Below are positions 19,249 through 29,248 of a DNA stretch of 64,000 bases, one piece after another (position 1 is the first letter of the stretch; each line of letters opens with the position of its first letter). A program made the translations under genes and the position numbers. Origin of the DNA: Desulfomonilia bacterium (GTDB lineage: Bacteria > Desulfobacterota > Desulfomonilia > UBA1062); the NCBI GenBank assembly GCA_963664325.2, contig CAXXDQ010000007.1, forward strand, positions 608,001 to 672,000. Reading direction: 5' to 3'. The notes under the pieces were generated by a model. The model made no database searches. It had not been told where the DNA came from and was given only the letters and a program-made list of their open reading frames with translations.

Positions 19249-19653
19249 ATGCCTTACGTTGATTTCAATGATTTTCCTGCAGGCAAGGTCGGCAAACCTT
19301 TTGAACGGGAACTCAAGGTGATTTTATCCCCTGACATCAACCCGGAAGTAAGAGGCTTCACTTTTCTTGTTTCCACCCTTGCACCAAACGGCGGATGCAC
19401 GGATATTCACATGCATGATGATTCAGGAGAACTCATGATATTCATGTCCGGCAGGGGCAAGGCATGGCTCAAGGGCGTCGAATACGAGATCAAACCGGGC
19501 GTCGCCATTTATGCACCACCCTGCGTTCCCCATAAAACCATGAATACGGGCGACGAACCCCTGATGATCGCCTGTGTTTTCGTTCCCCCCATATCAACCG
19601 AATACATAAGGCAGAATATTGAAGCCGCACAAAAATCGGACGCCTGCAAATGA
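19249..19653 (+). CDS. Cupin-domain protein
   Basis: HMHDDSGE...G.G...PPCVPH...NTG; ATG at 19249 after aggaggt RBS. Confidence 0.85.
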   Translation: MPYVDFNDFPAGKVGKPFERELKVILSPDINPEVRGFTFLVSTLAPNGGCTDIHMHDDSGELMIFMSGRGKAWLKGVEYEIKPGVAIYAPPCVPHKTMNTGDEPLMIACVFVPPISTEYIRQNIEAAQKSDACK

Positions 19654-21767
19654 AAGATGTACTTTTAAAGCGCATATCAGAATTAAGACAATCAGTCGCA
19701 AAAGTGATTTCCGAGGATGAACTGAAACAAATCCTAAGGGTTTACGGTGCGCCTGTGCCAATGGGCAAACTGTGCAAAACCCCTGAAGAAGCTGTCAGGT
19801 TCTCTTCAGAAATCAATCCTCCGGTTGTCCTCAAACTCTCATCTGAGAATACCCTTCATAAAACCGAACTGCATGGTGTCAGGCTCAATCTTGTTTCAAA
19901 AGAAGAAATTTACAAGGCCTTCATCGAAATGGACTCCTCCTTCAAGAAACAGAATGTTGAAGGCTACCGGGGAATACTTGTTGAAGAACAGGCTCCTCAG
20001 GGAACGGAAATCATAGTCGGCCTCCAGCATGACGCCGCATTCGGACCCACGGTCATGATAGGCCTTGGGGGCATATTCACCGACCTTTTGAAAGACGTGG
20101 TCTTCAGGATGATCCCACTGTCAAAAAAGGAAATCCTTCAAACCCTTGGGACATTAAAAGCATGGCCGTTATTGAGCGGCTATCGAGGTAAATCTGCACT
20201 TGATATTGATGGAATAGTGGATGCAATTTTCGCAATTACATCCTTCGGCACCGATTTTGCCGGCCAGTATGAATCGATTGACTTCAACCCTCTCATAGCT
20301 ACGCCTGAAGGATGCAAGGTAGTCGATGCAAAAATGGTGATCGCCCAGAAGGTGATGCGAGCCCAAACTTCTTCATCAGAGGAGCCGCGTATCGAGCATA
20401 TGACCGGTTTTTTTAATCCGAAGAGTGTTGCCGTGATAGGCGCGTCCAACACCCCGGGCAAAATCGGCTTTACGATCCTGGATTCGCTTATCAACCTGGA
20501 TTTCAAGGGAATTGTCTATCCTGTCAACCCTAAGGCAGCCGAAGTTCTCGGCCTGAAAGCCTACCCTTCCCTTTCAGCCCTCCCTGAAATACCTGAGATG
20601 GTCGTCATAAGCGTAGGACTTGAACTTGTCCCTGACATTATTGTCGAAATGGGGAAAAAGGGAGTGCATAATGCTTTCATCGTCTCCGGCGGCGGCAAGG
20701 AACTGGGCGGCGAACGTGCCGGGATTGAAACCAGGATAAGCGTTCTTGCCCGCGAAAACGACGTCAGGATAGTGGGACCGAACTGCATAGGCAGTTTTGA
20801 CGGAAACAACAAGTTCGATTCATTCTTTTACCCGAGAGGCAGACTTAAACGTCCCGGCGGCGGACCGGTGAGCTTTATTACTCAAAGCGGCACGTGGGGC
20901 TGTGCGTTCTTAGAAAATGCGGCCGACATTGGCGTCAGCAAGATGGTGAGCTACGGCAACCGCGTCGATGTGGATGAGGGCGATCTGATTGCATACCTTG
21001 CGAGTGATCCATTAACAAAGGTGATCGGCAGCTATCTCGAAGGCCTGGGTGACGGCAGGAAATTCCTTGAAGGAGTAAAAACCGCAAGATCAGCAGGGAA
21101 ACCGGTTGTTGTATTCAAGACCGGCCGCAATCAAATATCAGCCCACGCAGCCGTCTCACATACGGGCGCCTATGGAGGCAGCTATGAGATATACAAGGGT
21201 GCGCTTGAGCAGGGGGGTGTAATTCTTACGGAGAATTTCCACGAGCTTTATGCGGCTTGTGTAACGCTTGCTCTGCAACCGGCCGCAAAAGGAAACAGGG
21301 CTGCTTTGGTTTCAAACGGCGCAGGCCCGATGGTAAATGCAATTGATCTTTTTCCATCCAAAGGGCTTGAACTGGTTACACTTAGCAGGGAATCATTTAT
21401 CCTAATGCGTGATAAATTCAGCTTCTTCTATATAGTCGAGAACCCTGTAGATGTAACGGGTTCAGCCACAGGCGCTGATTATGAGTTTGTTATCGAGACC
21501 CTTATTGCAGATGAGAATGTCGATATAATTATGCCTTTCTTTGTATTTCAGAATGCGCCGCTGGACGAAAGCATCGTTGAACGTCTCGCCGAAATAAATG
21601 CCAGGAAACTCAAGCCTATTGTATGCTGTTCCACAGGGGGCACATACTCCGATAAAATGAGCTCGGCCATTATGAAGGTTGGCATCCCGGTATTTACCCG
21701 TGTAGGCGAATGGGTTGCCGCTGCTTCGGGACTTGCACAGTGGGCAGGATTAAATAAAAAGACATGA
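19650..21767 (+). CDS. ADP-forming acyl-CoA ligase (ACD family), fused beta(ATP-grasp)-alpha order
   Basis: HKTELHGV, EEQA, FGPTVMIGLGG, DFNPL then VAVIGAS, YPVNP, GPNCIG, TQSG, SYGN, SHTGA (phospho-His), NPVDVTG. Confidence 0.88.
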   Translation: MKDVLLKRISELRQSVAKVISEDELKQILRVYGAPVPMGKLCKTPEEAVRFSSEINPPVVLKLSSENTLHKTELHGVRLNLVSKEEIYKAFIEMDSSFKKQNVEGYRGILVEEQAPQGTEIIVGLQHDAAFGPTVMIGLGGIFTDLLKDVVFRMIPLSKKEILQTLGTLKAWPLLSGYRGKSALDIDGIVDAIFAITSFGTDFAGQYESIDFNPLIATPEGCKVVDAKMVIAQKVMRAQTSSSEEPRIEHMTGFFNPKSVAVIGASNTPGKIGFTILDSLINLDFKGIVYPVNPKAAEVLGLKAYPSLSALPEIPEMVVISVGLELVPDIIVEMGKKGVHNAFIVSGGGKELGGERAGIETRISVLARENDVRIVGPNCIGSFDGNNKFDSFFYPRGRLKRPGGGPVSFITQSGTWGCAFLENAADIGVSKMVSYGNRVDVDEGDLIAYLASDPLTKVIGSYLEGLGDGRKFLEGVKTARSAGKPVVVFKTGRNQISAHAAVSHTGAYGGSYEIYKGALEQGGVILTENFHELYAACVTLALQPAAKGNRAALVSNGAGPMVNAIDLFPSKGLELVTLSRESFILMRDKFSFFYIVENPVDVTGSATGADYEFVIETLIADENVDIIMPFFVFQNAPLDESIVERLAEINARKLKPIVCCSTGGTYSDKMSSAIMKVGIPVFTRVGEWVAAASGLAQWAGLNKKT

Positions 21768-21876
21768 TAAAGCAATCAGCCTCCCCCATCATCCTCCTGT
21801 TAAGGATGAGATAATCTCTTTCAGCAAAAGAGGGGTGGGGTACAGGGAAAATAGTTTTCTAGCAAAGGAGAGGAAT

Positions 21877-22503
21877 ATGAAAATAGCAGTGATCAGTGAA
21901 ATCAGCGCGGTTGTTAAAAACCCGGATATAATGGCCGCCCTTGAAGGCCACGGGCATGAAATCATCAATGCAGGGATGAAGTCGGCGGATGAAAAACCCG
22001 AATTGACGTATATACAGACGGGGCTGCTTGCCGGGCTTCTTCTCGGAACAAACAGTGTCGATATGGTAGTCGGAGGGTGCGGCACAGGACTGGGATTTCT
22101 CAATTCCGCGCTACAGTACCCGGGGGTCATGTGCGGACTTATTTCAAACGACCTTGATGCATGGCTCTTCGGCAAGATAAACGGCGGCAACTGCATAAGC
22201 CTGCCGCTTCTTGTAGGCTATGGCTGGGCGGGCGATGTAAATCTTAAATTTATCTTCGACAAACTCTTTTCAGTTGAGGGATTCGGCAAGGGTTACCCCC
22301 CGCACAGAGAGGAATCACAGCAGCAGAGCAGAAAGTTTTTCTTCGGGGTTTCAGAGGCAACACATAAACCGTTGGATCATATAATTAGCGGTCTTGAAGA
22401 TGAAGTCATAAGGCCCCTTCTCGCTTTTCCCGGTGTTCTTCCTCTTCTTGATATCGAAAGCCTGCCAGCAGGCATCAGGGATGCCATAAAGGGGAGGATT
22501 TAG
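21877..22503 (+). CDS. RpiB/LacA/LacB-family sugar(-acid) isomerase, DhuI-like subgroup
   Basis: MKIAVI, LTYIQTGL, GGCGTGLG, DAWLF..INGGN, GYGWAG, KGYPP; ATG at 21877 after aggagagg. Confidence 0.8.
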   Translation: MKIAVISEISAVVKNPDIMAALEGHGHEIINAGMKSADEKPELTYIQTGLLAGLLLGTNSVDMVVGGCGTGLGFLNSALQYPGVMCGLISNDLDAWLFGKINGGNCISLPLLVGYGWAGDVNLKFIFDKLFSVEGFGKGYPPHREESQQQSRKFFFGVSEATHKPLDHIISGLEDEVIRPLLAFPGVLPLLDIESLPAGIRDAIKGRI

Positions 22504-24359
22504 ATGAACAGGCAGGGACGTGCGGCTGCAATAGCAAAATGCGGGGGAATAGACAATGCGATTGCCGCACATTCAATCCCCCAGTTTGACGATATAAGTG
22601 TATCCGAAGCAATCGTACTGGGCCTTTTGAAACAGGGCGTAACTAAATTCTGCGCCATCTTCGGCCATGGAACCACCGATATTGCTGAAGTCTTGAGGGT
22701 CTATGAAGAGGCGGGGACTCGTGAGGACATTTAATGTCAGGCACGAGACTGCAGGCGCACATGCAGTAACGGTTCTTAAAATGGTGACTGGAGAGACCGC
22801 CGCCATGATCACCTCCATAGGTCCAGGCGCCATGCACGCATTTGCCGGATCGCTGGCCGCCGCGTCAAACGGTGCCGGAGTCTGGCATATCTACGGCGAC
22901 GAGACAACCCAGGACGAAGGCTTCAACATGCAGCAGATTCCAGGAAACGAACAGGGACTGTTTCTTAAAATGATGAGCCGTATGGGCCAGGCATATTCCG
23001 TTTATGAACCATGGTCGGTTGTTTCAGCTCTCAGGGCCGGCGCCATCACAACAAGCGCCCAGTTCGCCCAGCCATTTTTCATGCTGGCGCCCATGAATGT
23101 CCAGCCTGCAGTACTTAAAAATTTCAACCTTTCGGAATTGCCGTCAAGGGTTGATATTCCCCTTCTCGAATGCGCTGAAACCAATATTTTTCTCGATGCA
23201 GTCGATGCCGTTAAGACTGCACAGAAGATAACAATAAAGATAGGCCAGGGCGCCAGGGGCTGCGGCAGGGAAATAGTCGAACTCGCAAACCTTATCGATG
23301 CGGCAATTGTTTCAGGACCGAACGCCTCAGGAATTGTCCCTTATTCTGAGAAGCGCTACATGACGGTCGGCGGCTCCAAGGGCTCCATTTCCGGCAATTA
23401 TGTCATGAACGAGGCCGACCTTGTCATAATCATCGGAGCTCGCGCCGTCCTGCCAGTGGGATTGCTCGGGAACCGCCTGGAAAAAAGCAAAGACCATCAT
23501 CAACTTCAATATCAATCCTGTCCACGCCTTCCACTACAATAAAACGATCGCAATCACGGGAGACGCAAAGTCCAATCTGAAGGCGTTCATTGAATCCCTG
23601 ACCGAGACATGCGCAGGCAAAAAAGAGGGTGCATGGACTAGGGCCATTATAAAAAAACGCTCTGAATGGATCGCATTTAAAAACGAACGCTATTCATGCC
23701 CCGGCCTTACGGATGTCGTCTGGAAACGAAAGGTGCTTACACAACCCGTGGCGATAAAGACTGTGTGCGACTTTGCTGATGCTGCAGGGGCAATAAAGCT
23801 TTTCGATGCCGGAGACGTTCAGGCGAACGGCTTCCAGATCGTTGAAGATAAAGTGGAGGGCCAGACCTTCACGGATACCGGCGCATCATACATGGGGCTT
23901 GCCTCATCTGGGGTATTGATCGGCGCGATGTCGGATGTCTATCCTATAGCTTTCTGCGGAGACGGCAGCTTCACGATGAACCCCCAAATCCTGATAGACG
24001 GTGTCCAGCACGGGGCAAAAGGCATGATAGTTGTTTTCGACAACCGCAGGATGGCGGCGATATCAGGCCTGCAATACGCCCAGTACTCAAAAGAATATAA
24101 AACAAACGACGCGGTAGCTGTTGATTATGTGGCAATGGCCAATTCGGTCAAAGGCGTCAAGGGCATATTCGGGGGCTATACCGTCAAAGAGCTTAATAAT
24201 GCACTGGCCGAGGCCCATGCGTTCAAAGGACTGTCCCTTGTCCATGTGCCTGTATATAACGGTCCGGATGAGCTTGGCGGCATGGGGGTTTTCGGAGACT
24301 GGAATGTCGGCAACTGGTGTGAACGCGTACAGGCCGAACATCATAAAATCGGCCTTTAA
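22504..24359 (+). pseudogene. IolD-like ThDP-dependent enzyme split by two +1 frameshifts (pseudogene or assembly error)
   Basis: IFGHG, RHE, TSIGPG, GGSKG, DAGD, SYMG, GDGSF.MN, DNRR; removing one G at 22713-22716 and one C at 23449-23450 joins ORFs 22504, 22703 and 23733 into one frame. Confidence 0.75.
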
Positions 24360-24373
24360 GGGAGGGGAATGTC

Positions 24374-25861
24374 ATGATCAATGTGGCTCTTGTAGGTCTG
24401 GGCAGGATAGCGGATGTCCACTATCCTGGTTATGTCGGAAACAAGGACGCACAGATTCTTGCAATCTGCGATACTAATGAAGAGACCGCCTTAAGACGAA
24501 AGGCCGAATGGAACATCCGAAAGCATTACACAAGCTTTGATGCGGTGCTTGCGGATTCCGATATAGATGCAGTCGAGATATTGACGCCGACCATGATGCA
24601 TGCGGAAATGACGATAAAAGCGCTTGCCGCAGGCAAGCATGTGGCGGTCCAGAAACCCATGGCAAACACCCTGGCCGAGGCAGACGCCATGATAGCTGCT
24701 GCAAAAATGGCCGGAAAAATTCTCAAGGTCTCAGACAACTATGTCTTCTACCCCCCTACTCTGCTGGCAAAAAAGCTGATCGAAGAGGGTGAAATAGGGA
24801 CGCCGCACAATATAAGGATTAAACTAATCAGCGGCGGTTCGGGCGGCTGGGAGGTTCCAGCGTCAGCTTGGGCCTGGCGGATCAAGGAAGGTCAGGAAGG
24901 GAGAGGTCTTCAGACATTCGACCACGGCCATCACCTCTGGGCTACTTCATGGTTTCTTCTGGGCGACATCGACAGGGTGGTTTCATGGATAGATTATATT
25001 GACGGCATAATCGACAGCCCCGCAGTCATAATGTGGAAGCACAAGGACGGTATGAAATATGGCATGTGCGAATATACTTATGGGAATGAACTTGCAATCC
25101 CGTCCAGATATTACGGCAATGATGAATGGATTGAAATAAGCGGCACAAATGGCATAATCATAATCAACCGCTGCACGGGCCTGCTCAAGGAAGGCCCTGC
25201 CGTAAGCCTGTTTAACGGTTCATGGAAACATTTCGATACATCTGATGACTGGGGCGAGGGCTTCAAGGGTTCGACCCGGAATTTCATCAACTCAATTCTT
25301 GGAAAGGAAAAGCCGCTGCTCTCGGCGGAAGAAGGGAGGTATATCCTGAGGTTTTCCATTGCCATACAGAAATCAAACAGGCTCCACCGCGAGGTGTACC
25401 TGTCGGAACTCGATTCTAAAATACCTGCGCTGGTCGCATGTTACAACCGTGCAAAGAACGTCATAGGGAAGATGCCTAAGAAAAATATATTCGAGATGCT
25501 GGGCATCGGCGGCAATACGGAGCAGTATGCGTGCCAAGCGGAAAAGCTGACCAAGGAGCTTGCGGAAAGATTCAATCCTGAGGCAGCCGAGGGGTGGTCA
25601 ACGGTCATGGGTCTTCAGCTGACGTCTGAAGGAAGCGCAGCTTCGATGAAGTTCACAATGAAGGTGAAAGACGGCAAGGCCGAGCTTACGGAAGGTTCGC
25701 TCCCGGATGATGCAGTGTTTACAATTTCAGCCCCTGCCGGGACCTGGGCTGCAATCCTGCTGAGGAAGAAAAAAGTGGAAATGGCCTTCATGCAGGGCAA
25801 ACTCAAAATCCAGGGCAAGAGCGAAGAGGCTTTGAAGCTCAAGGCCGCATTCGGGCTTTAA
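24374..25861 (+). CDS. Gfo/Idh/MocA-family NAD(P)-dependent oxidoreductase with C-terminal SCP2 lipid-binding domain
   Basis: GLGRIA, TP..H, GKHVAVQKP, DHGHH; C-terminal SCP2 pattern AFMQGKLKIQG. Confidence 0.85.
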   Translation: MINVALVGLGRIADVHYPGYVGNKDAQILAICDTNEETALRRKAEWNIRKHYTSFDAVLADSDIDAVEILTPTMMHAEMTIKALAAGKHVAVQKPMANTLAEADAMIAAAKMAGKILKVSDNYVFYPPTLLAKKLIEEGEIGTPHNIRIKLISGGSGGWEVPASAWAWRIKEGQEGRGLQTFDHGHHLWATSWFLLGDIDRVVSWIDYIDGIIDSPAVIMWKHKDGMKYGMCEYTYGNELAIPSRYYGNDEWIEISGTNGIIIINRCTGLLKEGPAVSLFNGSWKHFDTSDDWGEGFKGSTRNFINSILGKEKPLLSAEEGRYILRFSIAIQKSNRLHREVYLSELDSKIPALVACYNRAKNVIGKMPKKNIFEMLGIGGNTEQYACQAEKLTKELAERFNPEAAEGWSTVMGLQLTSEGSAASMKFTMKVKDGKAELTEGSLPDDAVFTISAPAGTWAAILLRKKKVEMAFMQGKLKIQGKSEEALKLKAAFGL

Positions 25862-25867
25862 CAGGAG

Positions 25868-26338
25868 ATGTTAAAAGTGACATATAATACAATCAAAATG
25901 TCGAAGAAAAAAAAGATCGCACTTGTCGCTCACGACAACAAGAAAGTCGAAATGCTTGAGTGGGCCAAATTCAACCGGGACCTACTTGCCCAGCACAGGA
26001 TATTCGCAACAGGTACGACGGGAAGGCTGCTGGAGGAAGTCCTCGGAATAAAGGTGAAGAAACTCCAGAGCGGTCCGCTGGGAGGCGACCAGCAGATAGG
26101 CGCAATGATAGTAGGAGGTGAGATCGATTTTATGATCTTTTTCTGGGACCCGCTTGAACCCATGTCTCACGATACAGACATCAAGGCTCTTTTAAGAATG
26201 GCCGCAGTATGGAACATACCGATTGCCTGCAACCGCTCCACCGCCGATTTCATGATTTCATCGCCGCTTATGGACGAGGACTACGATCGGATCGTGGTAA
26301 ACTATTCGGACTACCAGAACCGGAAAATCACAACATAG
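25868..26338 (+). CDS. mgsA: Methylglyoxal synthase
   Basis: IALVAHDNKK, ATGTTG, SGPLGGDQQIGA, FFWDP, HDTD, PIACN. Confidence 0.95.
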   Translation: MLKVTYNTIKMSKKKKIALVAHDNKKVEMLEWAKFNRDLLAQHRIFATGTTGRLLEEVLGIKVKKLQSGPLGGDQQIGAMIVGGEIDFMIFFWDPLEPMSHDTDIKALLRMAAVWNIPIACNRSTADFMISSPLMDEDYDRIVVNYSDYQNRKITT

Positions 26339-26365
26339 CTGTTTGTAAATGGACTGCAGGAATGC

Positions 26366-26439
26366 TGGCAGGGGGTGTAGGAATCGAACCTACATTCATG
26401 GCTTCAAAGGCCAGCGTCCTGCCGTTGAACGAACCCCCT
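26366..26439 (-). tRNA. tRNA-Gln (anticodon TTG)
   Basis: Minus strand AGGGGGT acceptor stem pairing with ACCCCCT-G-CCA, anticodon loop CT-TTG-AA, T-loop TTCGATT. Confidence 0.93.
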
Positions 26440-26573
26440 TGATGAATAATAAATAGCTTCAGGCATTCTCAATATCTTTGAGCACTCTTTTTTTCAAGTG
26501 CATTATTCATAGCAGGCAAACATTATTATACGATTGATGTAGTCATATGTTATATCTATCTGCTGCAATTATC

Positions 26574-26602
26574 TTGACAGCCTTTGGGTTTGAATATATG
26601 TC
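26574..26602 (+). promoter_or_regulatory. Possible sigma-70 promoter for the rpsP operon
   Basis: Perfect TTGACA at 26574-26579 followed by a weak -10 region (tatatg/tatgtc). Confidence 0.35.
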
Positions 26603-26635
26603 ATGCCAAAAAGATTAAACCGGAGGGAATACTTA

Positions 26636-26881
26636 ATGTCACTAAGCATCAGGCTGAGCCGTTGCGGCGCAAAGAAAAAGCCCTTTTACAGGGTTGTTGT
26701 TTTGGATTCGAGAACACGGAGGGACGGCCGGACCCTTGATACAGTCGGTTTCTTTAACCCGCAGAACAGGGAAGAAAGCATAAATCTTAACATAGACAGG
26801 ATAAAATATTGGGTTGAAAAAGGCGGACAGATGTCCCCGGCAGTAAAAAAACTTGTCAAAGAAAAAGGATTCTCTGCCTAA
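26636..26881 (+). CDS. rpsP: 30S ribosomal protein S16
   Basis: [24 protein letters not shown]; ATG at 26636 after ggaggg. Confidence 0.95.
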   Translation: MSLSIRLSRCGAKKKPFYRVVVLDSRTRRDGRTLDTVGFFNPQNREESINLNIDRIKYWVEKGGQMSPAVKKLVKEKGFSA

Positions 26882-26910
26882 TAATTACTAACGCTCCTGT
26901 GGAGGTGGCT

Positions 26911-27144
26911 ATGTTGAAGGATATAATCGAATATATCGCCAAGGCGCTCGTTGACGATCCGGAAGCTGTTCAGGTCACTGAAATTGAAGGAGAAGTCACC
27001 TCTGTCATAGAACTCAGGGTAGCAAAACCAGACCTTGGAAAAGTAATCGGAAAAGAAGGCCGCACCGCCAGGGCTATGCGTACCATTCTGACCGCGGCTT
27101 CAACCAAGATCAGGAAAAGGGCTGTCCTGGAGATAATTGAATAA
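26911..27144 (+). CDS. khpA: KH-domain RNA-binding protein KhpA
   Basis: [19 protein letters not shown]; conserved position after rpsP. Confidence 0.9.
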   Translation: MLKDIIEYIAKALVDDPEAVQVTEIEGEVTSVIELRVAKPDLGKVIGKEGRTARAMRTILTAASTKIRKRAVLEIIE

Positions 27145-27147
27145 CAA

Positions 27148-27651
27148 ATGAAGCAGGATGTCTTAGCCGTTGGAAGGGTGAAAGCCCCTAACGGCCTGAA
27201 AGGCAAAATGTGGATTACACCGCTCGGGAATTCATTCAATCAATATAAGCAATATATAATTGGAGAATCAGGTATACCTAGAAATCTCATATCTCTTGAA
27301 AAAAGGAAAAACGGTTTTGTTCTGCAGCTTGAAGGAATCAGCAACATTTCGGAGGTTGAGCGGATCCAGGGACAGTATGTGTATATCAGCAGCAAATTGC
27401 TGCCTGAACCTTCAGTTAATGAATTTTACTGGGTTGATCTTATCGGCATGAAGGTTCTTGACTTAAAGAACCGCGAACTGGGCGAGATTGTCTCCATTAT
27501 TCCGACAGGCAGCAATGATGTGTTTGTCGTTGATAAAATCAAGCAGTACATGATCCCCTGTACAGACTGCGTGATAAAAAAAATATCAATCGAAACGAAT
27601 ACAATGATTGTTGATACAGAAAGTATCGAAGAAATTCTGGACCTCTCCTGA
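27148..27651 (+). CDS. rimM: Ribosome maturation factor RimM
   Basis: VGRV..P.GLKG, EFYWVDLIG, TGSNDV, MIP. Confidence 0.9.
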   Translation: MKQDVLAVGRVKAPNGLKGKMWITPLGNSFNQYKQYIIGESGIPRNLISLEKRKNGFVLQLEGISNISEVERIQGQYVYISSKLLPEPSVNEFYWVDLIGMKVLDLKNRELGEIVSIIPTGSNDVFVVDKIKQYMIPCTDCVIKKISIETNTMIVDTESIEEILDLS

Positions 27652-27659
27652 GGTGTCTC

Positions 27660-28370
27660 ATGATAATCAATATAATCACACTCTTCCCAGGTATGTTTAA
27701 GGGCATTTTTGAAGAAAGCATCATTAAAAGGGCTGTGTCCCGGGGACAGGTTGCAATAAGCCTGACAGATTTGAGGAAATTCGGGGAAGGTCCCCACAAG
27801 GTAGTCGATGACACCCCATATGGAGGCGGCGGAGGAATGGTCATGAAACCGGGACCGGTTGCCGATGCCCTTTCCTCTTATATCGACAAGGGGCATGTTA
27901 TCCTGACCACGCCAAGAGGGTCTCTCTTCACACAGGCCGATGCCTTGCGGTTAAGCCGGATGGAAACAGTAACTATAATCTGCGGTCATTATGAAGGCAT
28001 TGACGAAAGAGTAACTGAGCTGTTTGTAGATGAAGAGCTTTCAATCGGTGATTACGTGCTTACAGGCGGGGAAATACCTGCAATGGCAATAACCGACGCC
28101 GTTATCCGTCTGATACCTGGAGTATTGGGATTGGATACCGCTCTTTCGGGTGATTCTCACTATAATGGCCTCCTGGAACACCCGCATTATACAAGACCTC
28201 CTGAATTTATGGGCATCAAGGTCCCTGAAATCCTGCTTTCAGGCGATCATGAAATGATTCGCCTGTTCAGAAGAAAGATGTCTCTCTTGAAAACCCGGAA
28301 ACAACGCCCTGACCTTTTCAATTCCCATATATTTAATGATTCAGACAGAAAACTGCTAGAGGAAGAATGA
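27660..28370 (+). CDS. trmD: tRNA (guanine-N1)-methyltransferase
   Basis: VDDTPYGGG.GMV, CGHYEGIDER, SIGDYVLTGGE, LLEHPHYTRP. Confidence 0.96.
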   Translation: MIINIITLFPGMFKGIFEESIIKRAVSRGQVAISLTDLRKFGEGPHKVVDDTPYGGGGGMVMKPGPVADALSSYIDKGHVILTTPRGSLFTQADALRLSRMETVTIICGHYEGIDERVTELFVDEELSIGDYVLTGGEIPAMAITDAVIRLIPGVLGLDTALSGDSHYNGLLEHPHYTRPPEFMGIKVPEILLSGDHEMIRLFRRKMSLLKTRKQRPDLFNSHIFNDSDRKLLEEE

Positions 28371-28897
28371 TGCTGAGTATAGCCCTTCTCCATTATCCAT
28401 GCATGGACAAAAACGGCGAAGAGGTTACAACCGCCATTACAAACCTTGATCTGCATGATCTGGCAAGAGTTTGCTTGACATATGGTATAGATAAGCTCTA
28501 TATCGTTCATCCGTATCAGGTTCAACGGGATTTTGCAGAGAAGTTAATGGCACATTGGCGGACTGGTTGTGGGGGGCAATATAATCCCCTGAGAAAAAAA
28601 GCCTTTGAAGTTGTACGACTGGCTGAGACCATCGACGAGATAAAGGCTGATGATAATCCGTTGATTGTTGTTACATCCGCAAGGAGTTTTAATAACGCCA
28701 TTTCTTGGGTTGACCTGAAAAAAAGGATAATTAAAGAAAATATATGCTTGGTTTTCGGAACAGGATGGGGACTTGCAGACAGGTTTCTTGAAAAAGCGGA
28801 TGCAGTCGTCGAGCCAATAGATGCAGGAACAGGTTATAATCACCTGTCGGTTCGGTCGGCGGTATCAATAGCGATAGATAGGCTTCTAGGGAGGTAG
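28367..28897 (+). CDS. SPOUT-family RNA methyltransferase (TrmD-associated)
   Basis: LLHYP, TNLDLHDLAR, FGTGWGL, YNHLSVRSA. Confidence 0.85.
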   Translation: MMLSIALLHYPCMDKNGEEVTTAITNLDLHDLARVCLTYGIDKLYIVHPYQVQRDFAEKLMAHWRTGCGGQYNPLRKKAFEVVRLAETIDEIKADDNPLIVVTSARSFNNAISWVDLKKRIIKENICLVFGTGWGLADRFLEKADAVVEPIDAGTGYNHLSVRSAVSIAIDRLLGR

Positions 28898-28900
28898 CAT

Positions 28901-29245
28901 ATGGGTTACATGGAAGAGTTTGAAAAGCAGCAGATGAAAAGCGAACAGCCTGAGCTCCGGATAGGAGATAAGGTAAAGGTCTCCACAAGGATTATTGAAG
29001 GCAACAAACAGCGTACACAGATTTTCGAAGGCACAGTTATAGGAAGACACAGAGGAGCAAATCGAGAGACAGTTACAGTCAGAAAAGTATCCCATGGAGT
29101 TGGTGTTGAAAGGGTATTTCCTGTTCACTCTCCGAATGTGGAGAAGATTGAGGTTATTACCCATACAAGAGTCAGAAGGGCAAAGCTGTATTTCCTCAGG
29201 GAACTCAGAGGAAAGTCAGCGAGGCTCAAGGAGCTTACTCAGTAG
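28901..29245 (+). CDS. rplS: 50S ribosomal protein L19
   Basis: GDKVKV, EG.K.R.Q.FEG, TVRKVS.GVGVER.FP.HSP, VRRAKLY. Confidence 0.96.
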   Translation: MGYMEEFEKQQMKSEQPELRIGDKVKVSTRIIEGNKQRTQIFEGTVIGRHRGANRETVTVRKVSHGVGVERVFPVHSPNVEKIEVITHTRVRRAKLYFLRELRGKSARLKELTQ

Positions 29246-29248
29246 AAG

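Noticed and set aside
22703-22720. Programmed ribosomal frameshift in the IolD-like gene
   Set aside because: No slippery heptamer or stimulatory structure; two independent shifts would be needed; similar indels occur elsewhere in the window.
26366-26439. tRNA-Gln as an integration site for a genomic island
   Set aside because: No integrase and no duplicated tRNA 3' end was seen in the window.
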